A DNA stretch of 64,000 bases from Turneriella sp. (GCA_965279515.1 CBDIID010000003.1:2848001-2912000), one strand, 5' to 3'; numbered from the stretch's first letter, positions 9,671 to 20,455 are shown. Notes: generated by a model from the sequence alone, not told the origin. Program-made: numbers and translations.

Positions 9671-10516
9671 TCAAGAATGCCGGTTCATTAAAAAGTCAGG
9701 TAATGAAACAAAGAGGGCCGATTCGGGAAAAATTTTTGCTGCATTTACTTTGAGTTTAGCAGCAAGCGCCGTTGCGCGAATCCTGGCTTTCTCCATACCG
9801 ATGGCAGCAACAATCGTTTTCTTATTCTGGGCAGCATCTTTACCCGCAGTTTTGCCGAGCGTCGCGGAGTCTTCCGTCGCGTCGAGCAGATCGTCCGTGA
9901 TTTGGAACAAAAGTCCCAGGCCGCGGGCCCAGCGCATGATGGGCAGACGTATTTTTTTCTCCGCTGTGAGAAACGGCAATACCACCGCGGCTTCGATGAG
10001 TTTGCCGGTTTTCAGGCGGTGCAGCCGCAGCGTCGAAGCGGTATTTGCCTCCATATCGAGAAACTGACCCGACACCATGCCCTGGGCGCCGACCGCACGC
10101 GCGAAGTACTGAATGGCAGTAGCGGGGGCATCCGCGCTGGCAACAAATTCAAAACTTAAGGATTGCAAGAGGTCACCGACGAGAATCGCCGTTGCTTCGC
10201 CGTATTTCTTATGGCAAGAAGGCTGACCGCGCCTCAAATCGTCGTTGTCCATCGCGGGCAAGTCGTCGTGCACCAGCGAGTAGGTGTGCAGGCATTCGAG
10301 GGCAGCGGCAAGGCGCAGCGTACACGTGTCGTTGAGGCCGGCGAGTCGGCCGGCTTCGAGAACAAGGACCGGCCTAAAGCGTTTGTTTTTTCCGGAGAGT
10401 GTGTACTTTGTCGCTTCTTTGAGCAGGGGCGGCGCCGACTTGAGAGAGGTTTTCCGCAGCAGCAAAAAAAAATCCCGCTCGAAGCGGGACTTTAATTCGT
10501 AGAGCGGATCGCTCAC
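9671..10516 (-). CDS. ispA: Polyprenyl (farnesyl) diphosphate synthase
   Basis: SLVHDDLPAMDNDDLRRG, KTG, FQITDDLLD, GKTAGKD. Confidence 0.92.
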   Translation of the reverse strand: MSDPLYELKSRFERDFFLLLRKTSLKSAPPLLKEATKYTLSGKNKRFRPVLVLEAGRLAGLNDTCTLRLAAALECLHTYSLVHDDLPAMDNDDLRRGQPSCHKKYGEATAILVGDLLQSLSFEFVASADAPATAIQYFARAVGAQGMVSGQFLDMEANTASTLRLHRLKTGKLIEAAVVLPFLTAEKKIRLPIMRWARGLGLLFQITDDLLDATEDSATLGKTAGKDAAQNKKTIVAAIGMEKARIRATALAAKLKVNAAKIFPESALFVSLPDFLMNRHS

Positions 10517-10531
10517 GGAACGGTGTGGTGG

Positions 10532-10960
10532 TTATTGACCAGCGAGTTCGAGACCGTTGAAGAAGAACGCACCTTCGATTTTTGCGTTTTCAACAGAGTC
10601 AGAACCGTGCACGGCGTTTTCGCCTTTAGATTTCGCAAACAGCTTGCGGATCGTGTTGGGCTTCGCTTCAGCGGGGTCGGTTGCACCGATTACGTCGCGC
10701 CAGTGCAACACTGCGTTATCGCGTTCGAGAATCGCTGCGACGACAGGGCCTGAAGCCATGAAGCTACAGAGTTCGCCGTAGAACGGGCGAGAGGCATGTA
10801 CGCTGTAGAATTCCTGCGCCTGTTCGAGGCTCAGGCGTATGCGTTTCATCGCGCGGATCTTGAAGCCTTCTTCTTCGATGCGGGCCAGAATCTTGCCCGA
10901 GTAGTTCGAACGCACGGCGTCCGGTTTCACCATAATCAATGTCGTTTCTTTTTCAAACAT
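10532..10960 (-). CDS. ndk: Nucleoside-diphosphate kinase
   Basis: [18 protein letters not shown]. Confidence 0.97.
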   Translation of the reverse strand: MFEKETTLIMVKPDAVRSNYSGKILARIEEEGFKIRAMKRIRLSLEQAQEFYSVHASRPFYGELCSFMASGPVVAAILERDNAVLHWRDVIGATDPAEAKPNTIRKLFAKSKGENAVHGSDSVENAKIEGAFFFNGLELAGQ

Positions 10961-11046
10961 AGGGTGAAATGGCTTTTTTAGACATGCCGTCAACGAGAGC
11001 ACCTGTTACTCCTTGACGCCCTCTTTTCCGTTTAAACTCAAACTCT

Positions 11047-11928
11047 ATGGCAGTTCTCATTACAGAAAAGACACGCATCATCGTTCAGGGCATCACCGGC
11101 AAAGAAGGCTCATTCCACACAGGGCAGATGCTCGAATACAATACCACGGCAAAAGTCGTCGGTGGTGTAACACCCGGCAAGGGCGGGCAAAAATCAGAAC
11201 ATGGTTTGCCGATCTTTAACAGTGTCCAGGACGCCGTAGACAAAGAAAAAGCCAATGCTGCGGTCATTTTCGTCCCACCTCCGTTTGCCGCAGATGCCAT
11301 TCTCGAAGGCATTACCGCTGGTCTCGATCTGGTGATCTGCATCACCGAGGGTATTCCCGTCCGCGATATGTCGCGCATCGTCGATTATATCCGCAATTCT
11401 AAAACTGTTGTTGTTGGGCCAAACTGCCCTGGCGTGATTACTCCGGGTGTCGGCAAAATGGGCATCATGCCAGGCTTCATCCACAAGGCGGGTACGATTG
11501 GCGTGGTTTCGCGCTCGGGTACGCTGACCTATGAATCCGTACACCAGCTGACCCAGGTCGGCCTCGGGCAGTCTACGTGTATTGGTATTGGCGGTGACCC
11601 GATCATCGGCCTGCCGCACCTCAAAGCGGTTAAACTTCTGGCGGATGACCCGCAGACCGAAGGCATTGTTATGATCGGCGAAATCGGTGGCAGCGCCGAA
11701 GAAGAGGCCGCGGAATACATCAAACAATATGTGAAAAAACCTGTCGTGGGTTTCATCGCCGGCCAAACGGCGCCTCCGGGCCGCCGCATGGGTCACGCGG
11801 GTGCAATCATTTCCGGTTCTGCTGGTACAGCCCAGACCAAGATGAAGGCCATGGCCGATGCGGGCATCCACGTCTGCGAGTCGCCGGCACAGATCGGCGA
11901 GTCGATGAAAAAAGCGCTGGGTAAGTAA
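11047..11928 (+). CDS. sucD: Succinyl-CoA ligase alpha subunit
   Basis: [29 protein letters not shown]. Confidence 0.98.
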   Translation: MAVLITEKTRIIVQGITGKEGSFHTGQMLEYNTTAKVVGGVTPGKGGQKSEHGLPIFNSVQDAVDKEKANAAVIFVPPPFAADAILEGITAGLDLVICITEGIPVRDMSRIVDYIRNSKTVVVGPNCPGVITPGVGKMGIMPGFIHKAGTIGVVSRSGTLTYESVHQLTQVGLGQSTCIGIGGDPIIGLPHLKAVKLLADDPQTEGIVMIGEIGGSAEEEAAEYIKQYVKKPVVGFIAGQTAPPGRRMGHAGAIISGSAGTAQTKMKAMADAGIHVCESPAQIGESMKKALGK

Positions 11929-11951
11929 GCCCTGATCTTCAGGAGCTGCGG

Positions 11952-12305
11952 TTAGGTCAAATAGAGCTTTTCCGCGACTGCTCGCAAGGCTTTGTCATGG
12001 GTTAGCAACTTGTGCGCATCTGCCTTTGCTGATGCAATCAGGTGACAATCAACAAATCCCAAACCTTGGCCGGACAAGTGATGGTGCCGAACAAAAGTCT
12101 TAAAGGTCATTTCATGGATCAACGTAGCCCTGGGCAAAGCCTCTAAAAGCATTGCATTCTTCTGATTTAAACCGCCCAATAATAGTTCACCTTCGACAAA
12201 CGGGTGCAGAATGGCTTCATTCTCAATAAATAATGTTTGTAAAAATCTGAATTGCGGATTGCCCTTAAAAAATTCAACGAAGACGCTGGTGTCGATTAGG
12301 GTCAT
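11952..12305 (-). CDS. vapC: VapC-family PIN-domain toxin
   Basis: LIDTSVF, GELLLG, GFVDCHLIASA, LTHDK. Confidence 0.9.
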   Translation of the reverse strand: MTLIDTSVFVEFFKGNPQFRFLQTLFIENEAILHPFVEGELLLGGLNQKNAMLLEALPRATLIHEMTFKTFVRHHHLSGQGLGFVDCHLIASAKADAHKLLTHDKALRAVAEKLYLT

Positions 12306-12493
12306 CTGCGGCGCGGGGGGACTTTTAGATCCCTCTGGCTGCCAAACATATTTGCCAGTTGCTTACGCTTATGCGCATGGATAAGTTCGCGTAACCCCGC
12401 TTCAACGGTCGCCGTCTTGGTCTTAAATTGATAAAGCGCCGCTGCTTCTTGTAAAAGCTCAGGATCAATCTCCAGTGTTGTTTTGACTCCCAT
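12302..12493 (-). CDS. vapB: VapB-family antitoxin
   Basis: KTTLEIDPELL...KTKTATVEAGLRELI; 4-nt overlap with vapC. Start could alternatively be 12520. Confidence 0.85.
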   Translation of the reverse strand: MGVKTTLEIDPELLQEAAALYQFKTKTATVEAGLRELIHAHKRKQLANMFGSQRDLKVPPRRR

Positions 12494-12551
12494 ATGGGTA
12501 AAGTATACATATACCCCCATATAGTCTAGAGATTTCCTATGGTTCTGTCAG
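12492..12551 (-). promoter_or_regulatory. vapBC promoter with inverted-repeat operator
   Basis: Minus strand CTGACA-N17-TAGACT; inverted repeat ATATGGG (12492-12498) / CCCATAT (12516-12522). Confidence 0.5.
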
Positions 12552-12618
12552 GCGCAGGGATCGTGTAAATGCTTTAAGCATTTTCGCCGTGAATCGATTT
12601 TCAAATTAGATTATTACC

Positions 12619-13173
12619 GTGGCCGTAAAACCTGTCCTCACCATACAAGACGAGCGCCTCTATAAGGTCTCAGCCAAAATAACCAAGTTTGACCGTGACC
12701 TGCGCGATCTCGTACGCGATATGTTTGATTCGATGGCCGAAGAGGGCGGGGTGGGGCTTGCCGCGGTACAGATCGGCGTCTTAAAACGCGTGCTCGTGAT
12801 CGACCTTGTCGAGAAGGGTTTTATCAAAGGCGCATTTATCAATCCCCGCCTGATCGAAGCGTCCGACGAGATGCAAGACGGTGAAGAGGGATGCCTCTCG
12901 GTGCCCGGCCTCTCTGCCGAACTCAAGCGCCCGCGCTGGGTGAAGATCGGCTATCAGGATATGAGCGGCAATGAGAAGACCGTCGAGGGCGAAATGCTGC
13001 TCGCGCGGGCTTTTCTGCACGAGATGGATCACCTTGACGGTAAGGTTTTTGTCGATCAGCTCGAGCCGAAACTGCACAAAGAACTCGCGGGTGACATCGA
13101 CCGCATCAAGCACGGTCTGCCTGTCGAGCACGCGGTAGAACCCAAATACCGCAATCGTAAAAAAGCGTCTTAA
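12619..13173 (+). CDS. def: Peptide deformylase
   Basis: GVGLAAVQIG, EGCLS, HEMDH. Confidence 0.97.
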   Translation: MAVKPVLTIQDERLYKVSAKITKFDRDLRDLVRDMFDSMAEEGGVGLAAVQIGVLKRVLVIDLVEKGFIKGAFINPRLIEASDEMQDGEEGCLSVPGLSAELKRPRWVKIGYQDMSGNEKTVEGEMLLARAFLHEMDHLDGKVFVDQLEPKLHKELAGDIDRIKHGLPVEHAVEPKYRNRKKAS

Positions 13174-13179
13174 ATTCGT

Positions 13180-14169
13180 TTAAGCGACGAGTTCTTTCGC
13201 CGCAACAATAATTCTTTCTACATTCGGCAACACCTGCGGCTCGAGAGAGAACGTATACGGCATGGGTACGTCATCCGATGCGACGATTTTCACGGGCGCA
13301 TCCAGTTCATCAAAAGCAATTTCCTGAATATGGTGTGAGAGCCACGCGCCGTAAGAAGCGACCGGCGTGCCTTCGTGTACGATGAGCAGCCGGTGTGTTT
13401 TCTCCGCCGCTCTTTGAATCGCTTCTGAGTCGACGGGTTTCAGCGAACGCAGATCGAGAATGTCGGCGACGATGCCTTCGGCCGCAAGCTGCTCTACCGC
13501 CTGCTTCACCACATGGAATGTCAGCGACCAGCAGAGAATCGTCAGTTGGGCTTCACCCGGCGCCTCGTGCAGCGCCGCCATGCCGAAAGGAATCATAAAA
13601 TCCGGCACGTCGGCGTGTTCGAGCTCACCTTTGATGGCATAGATTTTTTCATGCTCGAGAAAAATCACCGGGTTATCGGAACGCACGGCGGTCTTTAAAA
13701 GGCCGCGCATGTCGGTGGGGTTCGAGGGCGAAACGACGATGAGCCCCGGTGTGTAGGTATAAAAACTTTCGAGAATGGATGAATGCTGCGCGCTGAGCGA
13801 CCCGCCTGCACCCTGCGGCGCGCGAAAGACGATCGGCATGTGGAACTGCCCGCCCGACATCAGGTGCATCTTCGCCGCGTTGTTGATGATCTGATCGATC
13901 GCGACTAAAGAAAAATTCCAGGTCATGAATTCGACGATGGGCCTCAGGCCCGCCATCGCTGCGCCGATCGCGAGCCCCGTGAAACCCGCTTCGGCTATCG
14001 GAGTATCAATGACGCGGTCTTCGCCGAAACGCGCCATGAGATTTTGCGATACTTTATACGCGCCGTTGTAATGGCCGACTTCTTCGCCGATGAGAAAGAC
14101 ATCTTTATCGCGTGCAAGTTCTTCGGCGAGGGCAATGTTGAGGGCTTCGCGGACAGTGACTTCGGCCAT
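13180..14169 (-). CDS. pdhB: Pyruvate dehydrogenase E1 beta subunit
   Basis: GEEVGHYNGAYKV, DTPIAE, EFMTWNF, AQHS, DLRSLKP. Confidence 0.93.
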   Translation of the reverse strand: MAEVTVREALNIALAEELARDKDVFLIGEEVGHYNGAYKVSQNLMARFGEDRVIDTPIAEAGFTGLAIGAAMAGLRPIVEFMTWNFSLVAIDQIINNAAKMHLMSGGQFHMPIVFRAPQGAGGSLSAQHSSILESFYTYTPGLIVVSPSNPTDMRGLLKTAVRSDNPVIFLEHEKIYAIKGELEHADVPDFMIPFGMAALHEAPGEAQLTILCWSLTFHVVKQAVEQLAAEGIVADILDLRSLKPVDSEAIQRAAEKTHRLLIVHEGTPVASYGAWLSHHIQEIAFDELDAPVKIVASDDVPMPYTFSLEPQVLPNVERIIVAAKELVA

Positions 14170-14209
14170 CGGTTTCAAGGTGCGGCCCGCGCACAAGCGT
14201 CAAGGCAAA

Positions 14210-14956
14210 TTAGACCTCAGCTAAAGGCGCGCGCGGTACTTTGATGAAGGTCCCTGGGGCGATGTCAGCCAACAGGTAGGGCCCCAGTTCGGTGCGCGTC
14301 AGTTCGCGGGCAAAAACACCCAAACGTTCGAGCAGGCGCCGTATTTCACGGTTCTTGCCTTCGCGCAAATGCATTTCATAATGTGCAGGTTTATCGAGGG
14401 GAATAACCTTCTCAAAGCGCAGGCGCTCCCCCTTGTCCATGACACCCTTTTCAGCGCGGGCAATATCGGCAGGTGACAGTGGCCGCGAGGTGCGCACATA
14501 ATATTTTTTCACCACGCCGTGTTTGGGATGGCTGAGCGCGAAGATATGGTCGCCGTCGTTCGAGAGCACCATGAGGCCCGCCGACGATACGTCGAGGCGA
14601 CCGGCGAAAAACCAGGTCTTGTACTCCGCGGGCAAAAAATCAAAGACCGTTTTGAGTTCTTTACCGCGCACGCGTTGTGAGCGGTGCGAGCAGATCACAC
14701 CCTTGGGTTTGTTAAAAAGCAGAACAGAATCGTCGCCGCCCAGTTTGATGGTCTTGCCGTCGACGGTGAGATGAATCTGCGTAAGATCGGCCTCGTCGAT
14801 TGTATGGTTGAGTTCGGTAATCTTTACACCGTCGATGGCGACGACGTGTTCATTCAGAAAATTAGCTGTTGCGCGGCGCGGTGCAACACCGGCGCGCGCG
14901 AGAAGTTTTCCGATACGGATTTTTTTTTCGGATTCCGGGTCTTGCAGGGGACTCAA
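14210..14956 (-). CDS. rRNA pseudouridine synthase (RluB/RsuA family)
   Basis: S4 domain, NKPKG, GRLD, EGKNREIRR. Confidence 0.92.
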   Translation of the reverse strand: MSPLQDPESEKKIRIGKLLARAGVAPRRATANFLNEHVVAIDGVKITELNHTIDEADLTQIHLTVDGKTIKLGGDDSVLLFNKPKGVICSHRSQRVRGKELKTVFDFLPAEYKTWFFAGRLDVSSAGLMVLSNDGDHIFALSHPKHGVVKKYYVRTSRPLSPADIARAEKGVMDKGERLRFEKVIPLDKPAHYEMHLREGKNREIRRLLERLGVFARELTRTELGPYLLADIAPGTFIKVPRAPLAEV

Positions 14957-15645
14957 GGGTTAGCGGGATTCGCGCTCTTTTTTTCGAGAGTATCCGTGAG
15001 GTTGAGCTTGTATTCTTCGTTGTCCATGGTGGCGGTGAACACGAGTGTCTCGCCGACCATTTTTGCTTTAAGGTCTGTCATCATGGGTTTTTTGATATCG
15101 AGGATAACAATCTTCGCGACCGGGCCTTCGAAAACGATTTCATATTTACCCAACTGGGTACGGGCACGGTTACTGCCGAAATCCAGTGCGCCACCGGGAT
15201 AAAGCGTCACGTAGTTCGGTGTCAGCGCTCCCTGTACCGTCGCGGCCTCCCAGCGGCCAATCACGACCTGGCGCAATTTTTTTTCCATCTTCTCATTGAG
15301 GCCCTGCACATCGCCTTCGCTTGATTCTATCGCCAGATGCGCACCGTATACCCACCCGGTGAGCCCGGTGCTGTTTGTCACTTTATACCAATAGGCATTG
15401 AGCTGACCGATCTGCACGGGTTCGGCGCTGCGCTGAACGATTCTTACCTGCTCGCCGCGCGAGAGGTGGGCGAGTTCGACGGCTGTGGTATTGGGGGCAA
15501 TGCGCATTTTGAGGTCTGCGGCGCTGACGGTCGTGGTAGCGGGCAGGGGCGCATCGGTCGGGTCTGCTTTTTTCTTACAGGCCGAAAGCGCGACGAATAT
15601 TCCGATGAGTATGAGCTGAACTTGACGCCTTTGTGCTTTCCGCAT
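14953..15645 (-). CDS. SH3b-domain lipoprotein
   Basis: Lipobox LSAC; LKMRIAPN...WYKV...GWVYG SH3b pattern. Confidence 0.8.
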   Translation of the reverse strand: MRKAQRRQVQLILIGIFVALSACKKKADPTDAPLPATTTVSAADLKMRIAPNTTAVELAHLSRGEQVRIVQRSAEPVQIGQLNAYWYKVTNSTGLTGWVYGAHLAIESSEGDVQGLNEKMEKKLRQVVIGRWEAATVQGALTPNYVTLYPGGALDFGSNRARTQLGKYEIVFEGPVAKIVILDIKKPMMTDLKAKMVGETLVFTATMDNEEYKLNLTDTLEKKSANPANP

Positions 15646-15705
15646 GGCGTGCGATTTATTTATGAGAGGCCGGGTCAACTCATTTGGCCTCCGGTATTTT
15701 CCCCG

Positions 15706-16653
15706 ATGCGCACCGAAATCCGCCAGATTCAGATTAAAGACAGCGAAGCGGCCGAGCGTCTCGATGTTTTTCTGACGCGGCGCTTCCCTGACTACTCACG
15801 CACCGAATGGCAGGCACGCATCGATGGCGGATTTATTAAGATCAACAGCATGGTCGCCCGTCCGTCGCGGCGTCTGAATGCGGGTGATATGATCGAGTTT
15901 TCTGTAACCTTTCGCGCAGAGCCCGAAGTCAACGCAGAGATCAGCATTCTCTTCGAAGACGAAGACTATCTCATCGTCAATAAGCCGCCAGGCATACCTG
16001 TGCATCCCTCGGGCATCTACCGCACCCGGGCTGTCACCAATCTGCTCGTGGAAAAGGGAATTCTCGCGACGCCGTATCTTCTGCACCGCCTCGACCGCGA
16101 GACCAGCGGCGTATTGGCTGTCGGAAAGAACCGCGCCGCTGCGGCAAAGTTCCAGAAAATACTGCGGGGTGGCGGCATTGATAAGGAATATCTCGTCGCG
16201 GTCGAAGGTGATTTTACTGCCACCGTCGATGCCACGGGTTATATCTACCGTCTGCCTGATTCTGCCCTGCCGCGCCAAAGATACTATAAAGAGGGAAATC
16301 CCCCTGCGAATGCCATTGAGCCGCAGACCTGCCGCACGCTCTTGACCCCCGTACAGCGCCACGGGGGCCTCAGCCTCATCGAGGCAAAGATCTTTACCGG
16401 GCGGATGCACCAGATACGCGCCACGATGTGGTCGTTGGGATATCCGGTTGTGGGCGACAAGCTCTACGGGGTGGATGGTTCGCTGTATTTCAAGTTTGCC
16501 GACGACCAGATGGAGGCGGCCGACTGGTTGAAACTGCGTCTCGACCGCTCGGCGCTGCATTGCCACCGCCTGACGTTGCAGCATCCCGTGAGACATAATA
16601 CATGGCGCATCTCTGCCCCGTTGCCGGCCGATATGCTCCGGTTATTCCCATAA
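15706..16653 (+). CDS. RluA/RluD-family pseudouridine synthase
   Basis: RLDVFL S4 start, NKPPG, HRLDRETSG, TGRMHQIR, GDKLYG. Confidence 0.93.
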   Translation: MRTEIRQIQIKDSEAAERLDVFLTRRFPDYSRTEWQARIDGGFIKINSMVARPSRRLNAGDMIEFSVTFRAEPEVNAEISILFEDEDYLIVNKPPGIPVHPSGIYRTRAVTNLLVEKGILATPYLLHRLDRETSGVLAVGKNRAAAAKFQKILRGGGIDKEYLVAVEGDFTATVDATGYIYRLPDSALPRQRYYKEGNPPANAIEPQTCRTLLTPVQRHGGLSLIEAKIFTGRMHQIRATMWSLGYPVVGDKLYGVDGSLYFKFADDQMEAADWLKLRLDRSALHCHRLTLQHPVRHNTWRISAPLPADMLRLFP

Positions 16654-16684
16654 TCTCATAATCTGAGCAACCCAACCCTTGTTG

Positions 16685-16716
16685 TTGTCCACATTTGTGG
16701 AAAAGTGTGTGGATTC
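16685..16716. promoter_or_regulatory. Cluster of three DnaA-box-like 9-mers
   Basis: TTGTCCACA (16685-16693), TGTGGAAAA (16696-16704), TGTGGATTC (16708-16716) upstream of fliK. Confidence 0.5.
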
Positions 16717-16857
16717 ACGGCCGGTTTATGTCACTTTTCTATACACGCATTATGGGCGCATCGGGCCAGAGCTTGAGCGAAAATTTAAGTTCATCACCCG
16801 CGACCGCCGAAAATCCGCTCCAGCTTTTTGCCCAGCGCCCGATATATCAAAATACAG

Positions 16858-18297
16858 ATGCTTTCCCTGAACCCACTCAGCAATGCACCCGCCGATGCAC
16901 GTATGCCCACCGAGGCGAAGGCGAAAACGCGGCCTGCCGACGAACAAAAACCCCAGGCAGATTTTGCCGCCTACATGGCGGCCCTTGCCCAGCCCGTGAA
17001 AATGGATGCCCCGGCAACAGCGCCCGCAAAACAGAATGATACGCCGGTAACAGAGAAGGCCGGTAATGTGCAGACGGCCGCACCAGGTACCGCCACGACC
17101 GATACACAGACCAGCACTGCGCAGAAAGCCGGCCACGAAGCGGCGGGCGAACGCAGCGAGACTACAAAGAACGAACGCGAGGCTGCCGAACCGAAAGCGG
17201 TGAAGGCGCAACCTGTGCGTTCAGACAAAGAACTCCTTGAAGCCCTCGGCCTCATCACGCGTAAAAGTCCGTTAGCGCAGGCAGAAGCCGTGCAGAAGAT
17301 CGCGCGCCCGGTGATCGATCCGCAAAGTTCGACTGCCGCAAAACAAAAGACCAGCACCGAAAAGGCAGATAAAAACCAGATCGCTGCCACAACCTTGCAG
17401 CAGCTGCAAAAAGCCCCCGATCTTATACTCGCGAATGCCGATGGCCTCAAACGCCTCGGTGAAAAACTCGGCCTTGCCTTTTTGGGCAAGGTCAGCGAAA
17501 AGCTGGGTGAGAAACAACCCAAGGCAGAAGGCGCACAGAATAATACGCGCAGTGAGTTAAAGACAGAGATGGCCTCGGCCGTCACGACAACGAAGCTGCA
17601 AAAGGCCGGGGATGGCCAGTCAGAGCAGAACACCGCCTTCCAAAACCAGCAGAAATCCACAAAAGGCGCACCCGCGAAAATTGTTTCACGTGAAACATTG
17701 GCGGCCGACACCGCGGAAAAGCCTGCACCGCTGGGTGGCAGCGACCTGAAACCGGTATCACTGCCCGAAACCGCAACGGGCCGGCTGGCAACGGCGGCAG
17801 CGGGAGAAACCCGCCTCGCGGAATCGGTATCGCAGATCCGTGCATCGGAAAATATCCGTACCGCGGTCGAAAACCCGCTGATGCGCGCCGACCTGGTGCG
17901 CCAGTTCAATGAAGTGATGAGCCGGGCGCAGGTGCTGGTCGCCGACAGCAAGAACGCGGAATTTTCCGTCAAACTCTACCCGCGCGACCTCGGCCGCATG
18001 GAAATCGACCTGAAGATGGTCGATGGCGAGATTCGCGGTAAGATCGTTGTCGAGAGCGAAGATGTGAAAAGTGAGATGCAGAATTATCTCGAGCAGCGTG
18101 AGCAATCATCCACCGGCGAGCAGATCGACCTCAACCGCATTGATATCGAAGTGAGAAGCGGCAACCAGCATGCGCAAAACCCGGAACGTACTCCCGAAGC
18201 CGATACGCTGTTGCAAAATCTCGTGACCCGCGCCGCTACCAGCGCCTACGAGATGACAGAAACCAGTAACGGAGCCGGATCAGCCCTCTATGCCTGA
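16858..18297 (+). CDS. fliK: Flagellar hook-length control protein
   Basis: Low-complexity N-terminus, C-terminal VKLYPRDLGRMEIDL domain, upstream of flgD-flgE. Confidence 0.88.
   Translation: MLSLNPLSNAPADARMPTEAKAKTRPADEQKPQADFAAYMAALAQPVKMDAPATAPAKQNDTPVTEKAGNVQTAAPGTATTDTQTSTAQKAGHEAAGERSETTKNEREAAEPKAVKAQPVRSDKELLEALGLITRKSPLAQAEAVQKIARPVIDPQSSTAAKQKTSTEKADKNQIAATTLQQLQKAPDLILANADGLKRLGEKLGLAFLGKVSEKLGEKQPKAEGAQNNTRSELKTEMASAVTTTKLQKAGDGQSEQNTAFQNQQKSTKGAPAKIVSRETLAADTAEKPAPLGGSDLKPVSLPETATGRLATAAAGETRLAESVSQIRASENIRTAVENPLMRADLVRQFNEVMSRAQVLVADSKNAEFSVKLYPRDLGRMEIDLKMVDGEIRGKIVVESEDVKSEMQNYLEQREQSSTGEQIDLNRIDIEVRSGNQHAQNPERTPEADTLLQNLVTRAATSAYEMTETSNGAGSALYA
17682..17697. promoter_or_regulatory. 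parS site
   Basis: Perfect palindrome TGTTTCACGTGAAACA within fliK. Confidence 0.85.
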
Positions 18298-19048
18298 GAT
18301 CGGCGAAATACAGAGTTTTGATTCTGACGCCGCGGTTCTGCGCGAGCTGCAGAGCAAACGCCAGAGGCAGCCGGTCTCGAAGAATGGCAAGACGCCGATG
18401 GTGCGCAAGTCGGGCTACGACGCGCTCGATAAGAACAGTTTCCTCAAGTTATTAGTGACGCAATTATCAAAACAAGACCCGACGAACCCGATGAATGACC
18501 GCGAATTCATCTCGCAGATGGCGCAGTTCTCATCACTGGAACAGATGAACAATGTCGCCAACTCGATGAACAAACTGCGCGGGTCACAGGCGAACCAACT
18601 GATCGGCAAAATGATCGAAGGCAAGGATTTTGTGACAGAGAAACCCATCCAGGGGATTGTCACCAGCACGATTTACCAACCGAACGGCGAAGTGCTGCTT
18701 AAAGTCGGCGGGCGTTTTACTAAACTCGATGATGTTTCAGTCGTTACCGAGGTAACTCCGATCGCGGCGCCTGTTACCCCGGTCGGCCCCGGAAATGTTT
18801 CACGTGAAACAATGGCCGAACCTGCGCCCCAGGCAGCCCCCAAAGCGGCGGCGAAACCCGGCACGCAGGTTGTACCTGTAGCACCACAGATCAATCCAAA
18901 CCAGGCAGCGAAGGCCTATGAGGCGAACCAAAAGAGCGCCGAAAAACCCGCAAGGGTAACCCCCCCGTCCCCCCTAATAGGGGGGAGTGAGGGGGGTCCA
19001 ATAACAGAATCACAAAAAAATAAAGTAGAAGTTTCCAAGGGAGAATAA
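18290..19048 (+). CDS. flgD: Flagellar hook capping protein
   Basis: [18 protein letters not shown]...[11 protein letters not shown]; long Pro/Ala-rich C-terminal tail. Confidence 0.95.
   Translation: MPEIGEIQSFDSDAAVLRELQSKRQRQPVSKNGKTPMVRKSGYDALDKNSFLKLLVTQLSKQDPTNPMNDREFISQMAQFSSLEQMNNVANSMNKLRGSQANQLIGKMIEGKDFVTEKPIQGIVTSTIYQPNGEVLLKVGGRFTKLDDVSVVTEVTPIAAPVTPVGPGNVSRETMAEPAPQAAPKAAAKPGTQVVPVAPQINPNQAAKAYEANQKSAEKPARVTPPSPLIGGSEGGPITESQKNKVEVSKGE
18796..18811. promoter_or_regulatory. parS site
   Basis: Perfect palindrome TGTTTCACGTGAAACA within the flgD tail. Confidence 0.85.
18959..18997. repeat. REP-like palindromic element, in-frame within flgD
   Basis: TCCCCCCT-AAT-AGGGGGGA-GT-GAGGGGGGT, read as [13 protein letters not shown]. 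Confidence 0.7.
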
Positions 19049-19052
19049 GACT

Positions 19053-20447
19053 ATGATGCGAACACTGTATGCCGGGGTATCCGGACTCAAGAACCACCAG
19101 ATAAGAATGGACGTGATCGGGAATAACATCTCGAACGTGAATACCAACGGCTTTAAAAGCGAGCGTGTGAACTTTCAGGACATGATTTCGCAGCTGGTGT
19201 CGGGCGCATCGGAACCGCGCGATAATGTCGGCGGTGTGAACCCCAAACAAGTCGGCCTCGGCGCGATGGTTTCATCGATCGATAAGCTGATGCACCAGGG
19301 TGCGCTGCAGACGACATCGAAAAACACCGACCTTGCGATCTCGGGTGAGGGCTTTTTCGTACTCGCTGACGGCAGCAAAAAGTTTTATACCCGTAACGGT
19401 AACTTTGACGTTGATAAGGAAGGCTGGCTTGTGAATCCCGCCAACGGTATGCGCCTGCAAGGCTGGAATGCCACGAAATCTGCAGAAGGTAAGCCGGGCG
19501 TCAACACGGCGGGTGACACAGAAAACCTGAAGATCCCCCTCTATCAAAAGGAACCGGCAAAGGAAACGAGCTTTGTACGTTTTAAAAGTAACCTGAACTC
19601 TGCAGTGCAGGCAATCCCCGCTGGGACAACAGACGCCGACCGCATGAAAATGATCATGGACGCTGACCCGTCTAAGCGCCGCGGCCATATTACCAGCATC
19701 AACGCCTTTGACGACCAGGGCGTGGAGCACACGCTCAAGGTCTACATGTGGAAGTCGGATACCAATAAGTGGACTGCATCGGTGGCGATGCAGGGCGCAG
19801 AGCAGCTCTCGGTGGATGTCACCGGTTCTAACGGCCAGAACACGCAGGTTGCGGGCAATACCCGCATGACGCTCGGTTTTTCTCCCGACGGGCGCCTGAC
19901 TTCGGTCTCTGACGGTGTCGACATGCGCAACCAGGATAAACTCAATGCCACGGTGAGCTTTCGCCTCGCGGGTAACCCCGCGGTGAAAAATATCGAACTG
20001 CGCCTCGGCGAAGCGGGCCAGGTCGACGGCATCACGCAGTTCTCTTCACAGTTTACCACGAAGGCCGTCGAGCAGGATGGTTATACGATGGGCTACATGG
20101 AAGCCTTCGAGATCAATGACACGGGTGTGATTACCGGGGTCTATTCGAACGGTGCACGCAACATGCTGGGCCAGGTCGCCCTCGCGAACTTCACCAACCC
20201 CGAAGGTCTTACCAAGTCGGGCCAGAATAACTTTGTGGAATCGATCAACTCGGGTAATGCCTTGATCGGCACATCTGGCATCCAGGGCTTAGGCGGTATC
20301 AACGCCGGTTTCCTCGAGATGTCGAACGTCGACCTTGCCGATCAGTTTACGGACATGATTGTCACGCAGCGTGGCTTTCAGGCAAACTCGCGCAGCATCA
20401 CAACTGCCGACCAGATGTTACAGGAACTTCTGGGTCTGAAACGTTAA
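19053..20447 (+). CDS. flgE: Flagellar hook protein
   Basis: [45 protein letters not shown]. Confidence 0.97.
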   Translation: MMRTLYAGVSGLKNHQIRMDVIGNNISNVNTNGFKSERVNFQDMISQLVSGASEPRDNVGGVNPKQVGLGAMVSSIDKLMHQGALQTTSKNTDLAISGEGFFVLADGSKKFYTRNGNFDVDKEGWLVNPANGMRLQGWNATKSAEGKPGVNTAGDTENLKIPLYQKEPAKETSFVRFKSNLNSAVQAIPAGTTDADRMKMIMDADPSKRRGHITSINAFDDQGVEHTLKVYMWKSDTNKWTASVAMQGAEQLSVDVTGSNGQNTQVAGNTRMTLGFSPDGRLTSVSDGVDMRNQDKLNATVSFRLAGNPAVKNIELRLGEAGQVDGITQFSSQFTTKAVEQDGYTMGYMEAFEINDTGVITGVYSNGARNMLGQVALANFTNPEGLTKSGQNNFVESINSGNALIGTSGIQGLGGINAGFLEMSNVDLADQFTDMIVTQRGFQANSRSITTADQMLQELLGLKR

Positions 20448-20455
20448 TAGTCTAA

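Noticed and set aside
16971..17972. 333-aa antisense ORF over fliK (likewise 7439-8314, 11194-11871, 15796-16596, 39929-40897)
   Set aside because: Shadow ORFs opposite better-supported genes, with no recognisable motifs.
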